The translations under genes and the position numbers were made by a program. Under the pieces are notes generated by a model. The model worked only from the letters and a program-made list of their open reading frames with translations. It had not been told where the DNA came from and searched no databases. A stretch of DNA of 64,000 nucleotides from Chloroflexota bacterium. Its GTDB lineage: Bacteria > Chloroflexota > Dehalococcoidia > Lucifugimonadales > UBA2985. The stretch covers positions 207,457-271,456 of the forward strand of contig JAPPHY010000016.1 in the NCBI GenBank assembly GCA_028877205.1, read 5' to 3'. Below, piece after piece: positions 41,341-49,639 of the stretch. Position 1 is the stretch's first letter; every line of letters starts with the position of its first letter.

Positions 41341-43548
41341 ATGACGAGCGAGCTGCGAGAGCAGTCGGCACCAAGCGCCGCCGCGGGCGATATGACGTTT
41401 CAGCGATGGGAGCTGGTTGCCTACGGAGTTCTCTTCTTCATCGCGCTGTCCATGAGGCTATGGGACCTGGGCACCAGGGCCTTCGGCTATGACGAGAGCC
41501 TTCACGCCTACTACAGCTACCGCCTGGCGCTGGGCTTCGAGTACCTGCACAACCCGCTGACGCACGGCCCGTTCCAGTACCACGTCATGGCGGCGTTCTA
41601 TTTTCTGCTCGGCGACAACGACTACGTGTCCCGCCTGCCGCACGCGCTGTTCGGCACGGTGCTTGTGCTGCTTCCACTCTTCCTGCGGGAGCGCCTGGGC
41701 AGAGCCGGGGCGCTCGCCACGGCCTTGATGCTGGCCTCATCGCCGATGATGCTCTTCTACAGCCGCTACGCCCGCAACGACATCTTCATGGCGGTGTGGA
41801 CTCTGGCCCTGGTGGTCCTCCTCTGGCGCTACGTGGATGAGGGCAAGAACCGTTACCTATACATGAGCGCTGCGGTTCTCGCGCTGTCTTTCGCCACCAA
41901 GGAGACCACGTTCATCTTCGTAGCCATTCTGGGCAGCTACCTGCTAATCGTGGCGGCTGCTGACTGGATTCCCTGGCTGCTCAGGCTGCGAGCGCCAACC
42001 CGGTTATCGGACCCGGGAGTGGGAGGCGAGTATCGCTACATCCCCGGCGTGGGATATGGCTACGGACCCGACCCAGCGCCGATGCGCCTCTCGAACTTCT
42101 CGCGGTTGGGGGCGTACCTGGTGCTGCTGGCTACACTGGTTGCGCCCCACCTGTCGTCCGCGGTGAGCATATTCCAGGACCGGCTTGTGGGATCAGGGAT
42201 CATCCTGGCAAGCGCCGACGCTCCAGTGGGCGCGCCCGCCGGCGACACGCTGTTCACGATCCAGGACGTGGATGTCACCAAGGGAATTGTCGTGGGGCTC
42301 ATCGTGCTGGTGCTCATCCTGTGGTTTTCCACCATGGTCGGCATCACCTGGAATCGCCGCCTATGGCTGCGCTGCGCCGTCGCGTTCTACAGCATCTGGC
42401 TGCTGCTGTTCACCACGTTCCTGACCAACATGCTGGGCCTTGGCAGCGGGTTCTGGCAGTCGCTGGGCTACTGGCTGGCGCAGCACGACGTGAACCGGGG
42501 AGACCAGCCGTGGTACTACTACTTCGTTATCACGCCGCTTTATGAAACGCTGCCGGTGCTGCTGTCCGTGATCGCTGTCATCTACTACGCGTTCAGAGGC
42601 GACAGCTTCACGCGTTTCCTTGCGTACTGGACTGTGCTGACCTTCGCGCTCTACTCCGTGGCGGGCGAGAAGATGCCCTGGCTGGTGGTGAACATCACTC
42701 TGCCGATGATCGTGCTATCCGGCAAGCTAATCGGGGACATGGCAGCGGCAACGTCGTGGAGCCGGATCCGGCAGGCGGGAGGCCTGTTCCTCCTGCCCAT
42801 TGCGGCGCTTCTGGCCTACCTGCTCGCCAGGCTCCTCCTGTTCGACATCCAGCGCGGCAACGTGCTTAACTTTCTGGAGTTCGTGACGCTGGTTGGAATC
42901 GTCCTCCTGCTGGTGGGCTTGGGAGTCCATCTGCTGTTGCGATCAGGAGCCGGCAACGGGCTGCGTGTGACCGCGCTGTCTATCGCACTGCTGTTGGGCG
43001 TGTTCTCGGCGAGGACAGCCTGGCAGGCCACGTACGTGCACGGCGACGAGCCCATCGAAATGATTGTATACGCCCAGGACTCCGGAGACGTGCCCAGGAT
43101 AATCGACCGGGTGCGGGAGATCGCGGAGTCGTCGGAAGATGGGTACGACATGCCCGTGACCGTCGACAAGGACGCCTATTGGGGCATGCTCTGGTACATC
43201 CGGGATTTCAACAACGCCGAGTATGCGGACCTGGACAACCTGACCGAGCCGCCCAGGGGCGAGGTGGTGATCATAAGCAACAACAACCGGACCAAGATGG
43301 CCGCCTACCAGAGCAGTTACGCTCCAGCCGAGGACTTCACCTACCTGTGGTGGCCTGCCGAAGGGTACAAGCCCTGCGGCGAGGCCGGCACGGAACCCTG
43401 CTTCCGCCTCACCGACCTGTTCGACAACCTGATCAGCAGGGAAAAGTGGCGCGAGGGCCTGGATTATTACATTTATCGCAAGACTGACCTTGAGTTCCTG
43501 ACGCACGACGCGGTCGCTTACTTTCCCAAGGAGGATGCGGAGGAGTAG
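41341..43548 (+). CDS. GT-C fold glycosyltransferase-like membrane protein (TIGR03663-like)
   Basis: 735 aa. The N-terminal RLWDLG...YDESLHAYY first-loop DE motif is as in ArnT/PMT-type GT-C enzymes. The family is recalled as the usual neighbour of YYY proteins. Confidence 0.7.
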   Translation: MTSELREQSAPSAAAGDMTFQRWELVAYGVLFFIALSMRLWDLGTRAFGYDESLHAYYSYRLALGFEYLHNPLTHGPFQYHVMAAFYFLLGDNDYVSRLPHALFGTVLVLLPLFLRERLGRAGALATALMLASSPMMLFYSRYARNDIFMAVWTLALVVLLWRYVDEGKNRYLYMSAAVLALSFATKETTFIFVAILGSYLLIVAAADWIPWLLRLRAPTRLSDPGVGGEYRYIPGVGYGYGPDPAPMRLSNFSRLGAYLVLLATLVAPHLSSAVSIFQDRLVGSGIILASADAPVGAPAGDTLFTIQDVDVTKGIVVGLIVLVLILWFSTMVGITWNRRLWLRCAVAFYSIWLLLFTTFLTNMLGLGSGFWQSLGYWLAQHDVNRGDQPWYYYFVITPLYETLPVLLSVIAVIYYAFRGDSFTRFLAYWTVLTFALYSVAGEKMPWLVVNITLPMIVLSGKLIGDMAAATSWSRIRQAGGLFLLPIAALLAYLLARLLLFDIQRGNVLNFLEFVTLVGIVLLLVGLGVHLLLRSGAGNGLRVTALSIALLLGVFSARTAWQATYVHGDEPIEMIVYAQDSGDVPRIIDRVREIAESSEDGYDMPVTVDKDAYWGMLWYIRDFNNAEYADLDNLTEPPRGEVVIISNNNRTKMAAYQSSYAPAEDFTYLWWPAEGYKPCGEAGTEPCFRLTDLFDNLISREKWREGLDYYIYRKTDLEFLTHDAVAYFPKEDAEE

Positions 43549-43647
43549 CTGCCGCGGTGGTCATGGCTGCTTGTGGCGGCTTGCCACTCGCAGCTATACT
43601 TGAACCGACAAGACCCGATCGGCGATACAACCTGATGGAATCCCGCT

Positions 43648-44739
43648 TTGCATAGGTCCCTGCGATTCTGGCTGGCCATAGGAGCGAGCCTGCTCTTTCT
43701 GGGCCTCTTCTTTGCCCGCATTGACCCGGGCGAGACCTGGGGGAAGCTGGAGGAAGCCAACTATCTCCTCGCGCTTCCTGCGATTGCCGTCTACTTTGGA
43801 GCCGTCTACTTCCGCACGCTGCGATGGCAGTACCTGCTGTCGCCCATGAAGCGGATGGGTGTGGCGCGCCTGTACCCCGTGGTGGTGGTCGGCTACATGG
43901 CGAACAACCTGCTGCCCGTGCGCTTGGGCGAGGTGGTGCGCGCCTACTACCTGGGCGAGCGAGAGCGCGTGAGCAAGGTGTCCTCGCTGGCAACCATAGC
44001 GGTTGAGCGAGTGTTCGATGGCCTGACGCTGCTCTTTCTCGCCGCCGTGGTTTCGCTCTTCCTGCCGCTGGTCGGGTTGCTGCAGGGACTCGCGGACAGG
44101 GCAGGCGTGCCCTGGGTGCTGTTGGCGCTCGCAATGTCGATGCCGTTCGTGCTGGTGGCGGCGTTCATGGTACTGGCGGCCTACTCGCCTCGCTGGTTCG
44201 AGGTGCTACTGGAGCGGCTCATTAGCGTGCTACCCGCGCCCCTGCGACCCAAGGTCTCCGGGCTGGTCGGAATGTTCATTGGGGGGCTGGCCGTGCTGCA
44301 GCATCCGCGGCGGCTGCTGGCGGTGTTCCTGCTGTCACTGCCGGTCTGGCTGGCGGAGGCTCTGATGTACTTCATTCTGGCCTTCTCCTTCGACCTGCAC
44401 AACGTGTTCGACGTGACGGAGCTGGTGGGCGTGATTCTGCTGGTGACGGCCGTGGCGAACCTGGCCATATCCATACCCACGGCGGGCGGAGGCATTGGCG
44501 CGTTCGAGGTGGCTGCGGCGGCTACGCTCAGCCTGTTGGGTGCAGAAGAGAGCACGGCGGGCGCGTACGCCATCCTCGTCCACGTTGCGCTGCTGGTGCC
44601 GGTTACGCTGCTGGGCCTGCTGTACCTGTGGACGGACCGGACGTCGCTGGGACGACTGACGCGTGAGAGCACCGCGGATACGGGCGCCGCGCCATTCGGC
44701 TCTGCGGGCATGCCCCTGCGGGTGGAGGACAAGCCATGA
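43648..44739 (+). CDS. flippase-like / LPG-synthase-TM (UPF0104) family membrane protein
   Basis: Contains NNLLPVRLGEVVRAYYLG and about 8 TM helices, typical of the UPF0104 family. Confidence 0.75.
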   Translation: MHRSLRFWLAIGASLLFLGLFFARIDPGETWGKLEEANYLLALPAIAVYFGAVYFRTLRWQYLLSPMKRMGVARLYPVVVVGYMANNLLPVRLGEVVRAYYLGERERVSKVSSLATIAVERVFDGLTLLFLAAVVSLFLPLVGLLQGLADRAGVPWVLLALAMSMPFVLVAAFMVLAAYSPRWFEVLLERLISVLPAPLRPKVSGLVGMFIGGLAVLQHPRRLLAVFLLSLPVWLAEALMYFILAFSFDLHNVFDVTELVGVILLVTAVANLAISIPTAGGGIGAFEVAAAATLSLLGAEESTAGAYAILVHVALLVPVTLLGLLYLWTDRTSLGRLTRESTADTGAAPFGSAGMPLRVEDKP

Positions 44740-46064
44740 AAGTGGGAATCATCGGTGCGGGAGCCGCAGGCATGGCCGCGGCGTACACGCTGGAAAAGGC
44801 GGGCCATCAGGCCATTATCTACGAGGGAGCGCCATTCCTGGGCGGCCAGGCGTCCACGTTCGACGTGGGAGGTGGCCGGCTGGAACGCGGCTACCACCAC
44901 CTGTTCACGAGCGACACAGACATAGTCGACCTCATCCACGAGCTTGGCTTGGGGCCGAAGCTGGCGTGGATCGAGTCCAAGGTCGGCTTCTTCTACGGCG
45001 GCCGCATCTATGACTTCGTGACGCCGATGGACCTGCTGAAGTTCAAGCCGCTCAGCCTCATCGACCGGTTTCGGCTGGGACTCGTGACGCTGTACCTGCG
45101 GCGGTACAAGGACTGGCGCAAGCTGGAGCCATTCGTGGCCTCAGACTGGATACGCAGGCGGGCGGGGCGGGGAGTGTACGACGTGGTGTGGGGGCCGCTG
45201 CTGCGCGGCAAGTTCGGCGCGCACTACGACAAGGTGGCGATGCCCTGGTTCTGGGGCAAGATACAGACCCGCTTCGCCTCTCGCGGCAAGGGAGTGAAGG
45301 GGATGCAGAAGGAGAGGTTGGGCTACCCGCTCGGCAGTTTCGCGGAGATATTCGAAGTACTGGACACGCGCATCAAGGAGCTTGGCGGCGAGGTGCACAT
45401 CTCGACGCCGGTGCGCTCGATCCGCGTCCGCGACGGCCGCGCGGACGGCCTGGAGGTACAGACCGGAGCCGACAGCACGGAAATGCTCGACTTCGACGCC
45501 ATCCTCTCCACCACGCCGTCCTACGTGTTCCCGCGGCTGGTGGAGGGCCTGCCGCAGGACTACCTGGACAAGCTGCGGCAGGTGGAGTACCTGGCTGCGG
45601 TGCTGGTCATCCTCGTGCTCGACAGGCCGTTCTCGCACACCTACTGGCTGAACATCGCCGACCGGTCGATTCCGTTCGTCGGCCTGATAGAGCAGACCAA
45701 CTTCGTCGACCCGGCGATGTATGGCGGCAAGCACATCCTCTACATCTCCAACTACCTGGGCGACGACAGCCCGCTGTTCAACATGCCGCAGGAGGAGCTG
45801 CTGGAGGAGTACCTGCCTCACCTGAGGAAGGTCAACCCGCGGTTCGACCGCTCCTGGATCGAGGAGTGGCACTACCACAAGGTGGCCGCCGCCCAGCCCA
45901 TCATCGGGGTGAACTACTCGGAGCAGCTGCCGGACCACCGGACGCCCATACGGCACCTGTACCTCGCCAACACCACCCAGGTCTACCCTGAGGACCGCGG
46001 CACCAACTACAGCGTCCGCATGGGCAAGCGCGTGGCTGCCATGATGATGGAGGACCTGGGGTAG
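44736..46064 (+). CDS. NAD(P)/FAD-dependent oxidoreductase (amine oxidase/phytoene desaturase-like)
   Basis: Dinucleotide fold KVGIIGAGAAGMAAAYTL..GG. The ATGA overlaps the upstream stop. Confidence 0.8.
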   Translation: MKVGIIGAGAAGMAAAYTLEKAGHQAIIYEGAPFLGGQASTFDVGGGRLERGYHHLFTSDTDIVDLIHELGLGPKLAWIESKVGFFYGGRIYDFVTPMDLLKFKPLSLIDRFRLGLVTLYLRRYKDWRKLEPFVASDWIRRRAGRGVYDVVWGPLLRGKFGAHYDKVAMPWFWGKIQTRFASRGKGVKGMQKERLGYPLGSFAEIFEVLDTRIKELGGEVHISTPVRSIRVRDGRADGLEVQTGADSTEMLDFDAILSTTPSYVFPRLVEGLPQDYLDKLRQVEYLAAVLVILVLDRPFSHTYWLNIADRSIPFVGLIEQTNFVDPAMYGGKHILYISNYLGDDSPLFNMPQEELLEEYLPHLRKVNPRFDRSWIEEWHYHKVAAAQPIIGVNYSEQLPDHRTPIRHLYLANTTQVYPEDRGTNYSVRMGKRVAAMMMEDLG

Positions 46065-46065
46065 C

Positions 46066-46692
46066 GTGAACCTGCTGTACGAACTGGAGATGCGCGTCTA
46101 CTGGACGCTCTGCGGCTCCGACGGCAACAACGCCTACCTTATCGTGTGCCCGGAGACGGCGGAGAGCATCATCATCGACGCGCCGCTCAACCCGGAGGCG
46201 ATCATCGAGCAGGCGAAAGGCACGCACGTTCGCGCCATTCTCATCACGCACCGACATCGCGACCACCATGAGGGATTGGCCCAGATCGTCGAAGCCACGG
46301 GCGCGCCCGTAGCCGCTCACGCGGATGACGCCGATGGGATGCCGATTCCGCCGGACATCATGCTCGCGGACGGCGACACCCTCCACGCCGGCAGCCTTGA
46401 GGTGAAGGCCATACACGTGCCCGGCCACACCCCTGGTTCGACGTGCTTTCTGGCCGGAAACCACCTGTTCACGGGCGACTCGCTATACGCCGGCGGGCCG
46501 GGCGAGACCCGCGGCCCGGAAGCTACGATGCAGATACTGGAGGGCATCACGCGCAAGCTGCTGGTGCTGCCGGAGGACACGTTCGTGCTGCCGGGCCACG
46601 GCCAGGGCGCGAACATAGCCGCGGCACGGAGGCTCTACCGTCTCTGGGTCGAGCAGTACCCCGACCTGCTGCCGCCGCTGGTGGAGGAGTGA
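46066..46692 (+). CDS. MBL-fold metallo-hydrolase (glyoxalase II-like)
   Basis: ITHRHRDHHEG motif and HVPGHTPGS. The GTG start is 1 nt after the upstream stop. Confidence 0.85.
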   Translation: MNLLYELEMRVYWTLCGSDGNNAYLIVCPETAESIIIDAPLNPEAIIEQAKGTHVRAILITHRHRDHHEGLAQIVEATGAPVAAHADDADGMPIPPDIMLADGDTLHAGSLEVKAIHVPGHTPGSTCFLAGNHLFTGDSLYAGGPGETRGPEATMQILEGITRKLLVLPEDTFVLPGHGQGANIAAARRLYRLWVEQYPDLLPPLVEE

Positions 46693-46729
46693 AGGGGCAG
46701 CCGGTGGTACGCCTTGAGCTTGGCGAGGC

Positions 46730-47182
46730 CTAACGACGAGTGCCGCGCGCCCGCTCGTACACCTCGATGAACCCGTCCACGGAGGTGCGGGCCACCGCCT
46801 TGCCGATCAGGTCGAGAGGCAGGTCCTCCGGCTTCTTGAACCGCACGCAGGACTTGCCCATGTCGAGCTTCTTCCCGCTGGCGCGGTACTCCTCCTCGAA
46901 CCACTGGGCCGTTTCAGGGTCGCCGTAGACGTTCATCAGGTAGATGGACATGTAGTTCTTCTGCGACGCCAGAGCCACGTTTTGCAGCGCCTGCTTGTTG
47001 TAGGTGTTCGGGTAGCGCTCCAGCGGTATGACGTAGCCGATCATGCCAAACTGCATGATCTCCTCGAAGCCGGGCGGCAGGTTGTCGAGGATCAGCTTGC
47101 GCATCGTCTCCAATGCCTCGCGCCTTTCCGGCGTCTGCTCCGACAGGTACTCCTCGACGGTTGTGGCACTGCTGTAAGCCAT
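46730..47182 (-). CDS. DUF1801 (YdhG-like) domain protein
   Basis: The length and the pattern ..VEEYL..REALE..R.LI.. fit DUF1801 as recalled. ATG 47182 follows GAGGAG with a 7-nt spacer. Confidence 0.65.
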   Translation of the reverse strand: MAYSSATTVEEYLSEQTPERREALETMRKLILDNLPPGFEEIMQFGMIGYVIPLERYPNTYNKQALQNVALASQKNYMSIYLMNVYGDPETAQWFEEEYRASGKKLDMGKSCVRFKKPEDLPLDLIGKAVARTSVDGFIEVYERARGTRR

Positions 47183-47244
47183 GAAGTCACTCCTCATTCA
47201 AGTCGTGCGCCGTTCCGTTCAGCCAATGGCCGACGGGCCTTCCC

Positions 47245-47253
47245 ATTATATCA
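47245..47253 (-). promoter_or_regulatory. extended -10 TGaTATAAT
   Basis: The coding strand reads ccgaTGaTATAATggg, about 60 nt upstream of the ATG at 47182. Confidence 0.55.
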
Positions 47254-47303
47254 TCGGGCCCGCCGGCCGTCTCAAAGTCGGGGAGATGCCCAACGCGCCC
47301 CCA

Positions 47304-47332
47304 TTGAACCATCACGTCCTTTGTGCTAACAT
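47304..47332 (+). promoter_or_regulatory. sigma70-type promoter TTGAAC-17-TAACAT
   Basis: -35 at 47304-47309, 17-nt spacer, -10 at 47327-47332. This argues against the ORF-track start at 47323. Confidence 0.5.
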
Positions 47333-47367
47333 CCTTAGCTAGAAAAATCACAATCCGCGGAGAGAGC

Positions 47368-47874
47368 GTGGCCAGCGGAGACAGCCTTAGAGAGCGAATA
47401 GACGGCGCTCTGGCCGGTCAATCGGCCAGGACGGTCACTGTGCTGTCCTCGCTTCTTGCCATTGAGGACGAGCTGGGTTACATCCCACCTCCCGCCATCG
47501 AGCAGGTGGCCAGGCACACCGGCTCCACCATCAACGACGTGTGGGGCGTGGCGTCCTTCTACACCAACTTCCGGTTCACACCCCCAGGCGAGCACGTGGT
47601 CGAGCTGTGCTGGGGCCCCACCTGCCACCTTCTGGGCGCGCAGCAGATAATCCAGGCCGCGCTCCAGGCCCTCGGCCTCAGCGAGGAGGGGGACACCTCG
47701 GACGGCAAGATCTCGCTCAAGTACAACACCTGCCTAGGTGCCTGCTCGCAGGGCCCGGTCATCAGCGTAGACCACAAGGTTGTCGGCCCGCAGTCCCTAG
47801 GCATAACCGGCGGAGACGCGATGAGCGAGCACGTGGCCGAGTTGGTGTCACGGCTCAGAAACGGCAGTTCCTGA
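47368..47874 (+). CDS. nuoE: NuoE/HoxE/FdsG-like [2Fe-2S] thioredoxin-fold subunit
   Basis: Contains VASFYTNFRF, C.GPTCHLLGA and CLGACSQGPV. The GTG at 47368 follows GGAGAGAG. Confidence 0.85.
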   Translation: MASGDSLRERIDGALAGQSARTVTVLSSLLAIEDELGYIPPPAIEQVARHTGSTINDVWGVASFYTNFRFTPPGEHVVELCWGPTCHLLGAQQIIQAALQALGLSEEGDTSDGKISLKYNTCLGACSQGPVISVDHKVVGPQSLGITGGDAMSEHVAELVSRLRNGSS

Positions 47875-47885
47875 ACGGAGTAGCA

Positions 47886-49631
47886 GTGCCAACCTACGAA
47901 GAGCTGTTGCAGGAAGCCCAGTCCCGCCTCCTCGAGCTGGAGGGCGGAGGCAAGCCTTGGATTCGCGTAGGCGCCGCCGTCTGCGGCGAGGCCGCGGGCG
48001 CTTCCGAGACGCTCGAGGCCATTCGAGCCGAGCTCGACAGGCGCGGCATCGATGCGAACGTCAGTATCGTGGGGTGCCTGGGCCTGTGCTACGCCGAGCC
48101 GCTTGTGGACGTGCAGAAGCCGGGCGGCGCGAGGGTGTTCTACCGGAACGTCACGCCGGACAAGGCGGCGGAGCTGGTGGAGTCGTGCGTGGCCGGCGAT
48201 GACCTCAGGCCGGACATGGCGCTGGCATACACGGGCAGGATCACCCTCGACGGCATCCCGCGGCTGGACGACCTCCCGGTCTGGAACCGGCAGGTGCGCA
48301 TCGCCCTTCGGAACTGCGGTCACATAGACCCGCTGGACATCTACCAGTACATCGCTCAGGGCGGGTATGCCGCACTGGACAAGGCCGTCAACCAGATGCA
48401 GCCGGAGGACGTGCTCAAGGAGGTCCAGGACTCCGGCTTGCGGGGCAGGGGAGGCGCTGCCTTTCCTACGGGCACCAAGTGGGGCTTCCTGGCCCGATCG
48501 CCGGGACCCGTGAAGTACATCCTCTGCAACTGCGAGGAGGGCGACCCCGGCGCGTACAACGACAAGGGCATCCTGGAGAGTGACCCGCACTCGCTAATCG
48601 AAGGCACGATACTGGCGGGATACGCCACCGGCTCCAGCAACGGCGTGGTGTTCATTCGCCACGGCCACGAGGGGCCGATACATCGCACCGAGCGCGCCAT
48701 CGAGCAGGCCTACGAGCTGGGCCTCTTGGGCGACAACATCCTCGGCTCAGACTTCAGCTTCCACGTCGAGGTGTCGCTCACTGGGGAGTCCTACGTCGCG
48801 GGTGAGGAGACTGCGCTCATGGAGTCGGTGGAGGGGAACAGGGCAATGCCTCGGGCGCGCCCGCCGTTCCCCGCACAGTCCGGCGTGTGGGGCCTTCCAA
48901 GCAACATCAACAACATCAAGTCGCTGGCCTACGTCTCGGAGATCGTGTCTCGCGGCGGCGAATGGTTCGCCGGTATAGGCACGGAGGGCAGCAAGGGCAC
49001 CGCGATTCTCTGCCTGTCCGGCAACATTGCGCTGCCCGGCATGGTCGAGGTGCCGATGGGCATGACCATCCGCGAGGTCATCGACGAAGTCGTGGGAGGC
49101 GTGCCTGACGGGCGCAAGGCCAAGTTCCTGCAGACCGGAGGCCCTCTAGGCGGTGTCCTGCCGGCGGACCTGCTCGACGTTCAGCTGGACTTCGCGGCGA
49201 TGGCACAGGCGGGCGCGATCCTGGGCTCCGGCGGTATCATCGTGGCCGACGACCGCGCCTGCGCCGTGAACATGACCCGCGTGCTGGTGGCCTTCTGCCA
49301 GTACGAGTCGTGCGGCAAGTGCTTCCCGTGCCGCTTGGGCATGACCAACCTCATCGAGATTGTAGAGCGCATCTGCCATTTCGAGAGCAGGCCCGGGGAC
49401 CTGGAGCTGATGCGCGTCGTCGGGCAGAACATGGCTGCGGGTTCACTCTGCGGCCACGGCCAGCTTGGTTGGAACCCCGTCCAGTCGGCCATCAGATACT
49501 TCCAGGAAGACTTCACGGCCCACATGGAGGAGGGGCGGTGCCCTACGGGCCAGTGCCTTTCGCCCGTGTTCACGCCTCAGCGAACCCGCTCACGCTGGAC
49601 GTCAGCCCAGCCACTGGAGCTTAGATTCTAA
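47886..49631 (+). CDS. nuoF: NuoF/FdsB-like NADH-binding FMN/[4Fe-4S] subunit with N-terminal thioredoxin-like extension
   Basis: Contains GLRGRGGAAFPTGTKW, CN.EEGDPGA and the C-terminal ESCGKCFPCR. ORF 47541.. is trimmed to the GTG at 47886, which follows GGAG. Confidence 0.88.
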   Translation: MPTYEELLQEAQSRLLELEGGGKPWIRVGAAVCGEAAGASETLEAIRAELDRRGIDANVSIVGCLGLCYAEPLVDVQKPGGARVFYRNVTPDKAAELVESCVAGDDLRPDMALAYTGRITLDGIPRLDDLPVWNRQVRIALRNCGHIDPLDIYQYIAQGGYAALDKAVNQMQPEDVLKEVQDSGLRGRGGAAFPTGTKWGFLARSPGPVKYILCNCEEGDPGAYNDKGILESDPHSLIEGTILAGYATGSSNGVVFIRHGHEGPIHRTERAIEQAYELGLLGDNILGSDFSFHVEVSLTGESYVAGEETALMESVEGNRAMPRARPPFPAQSGVWGLPSNINNIKSLAYVSEIVSRGGEWFAGIGTEGSKGTAILCLSGNIALPGMVEVPMGMTIREVIDEVVGGVPDGRKAKFLQTGGPLGGVLPADLLDVQLDFAAMAQAGAILGSGGIIVADDRACAVNMTRVLVAFCQYESCGKCFPCRLGMTNLIEIVERICHFESRPGDLELMRVVGQNMAAGSLCGHGQLGWNPVQSAIRYFQEDFTAHMEEGRCPTGQCLSPVFTPQRTRSRWTSAQPLELRF

Positions 49632-49639
49632 GGAGAGCC

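Noticed and set aside
47541-47885. Upstream extension of the nuoF-like ORF (track start 47541)
   Set aside because: It overlaps nuoE in another frame. NuoF-like sequence begins at the GTG at 47886, behind GGAG.
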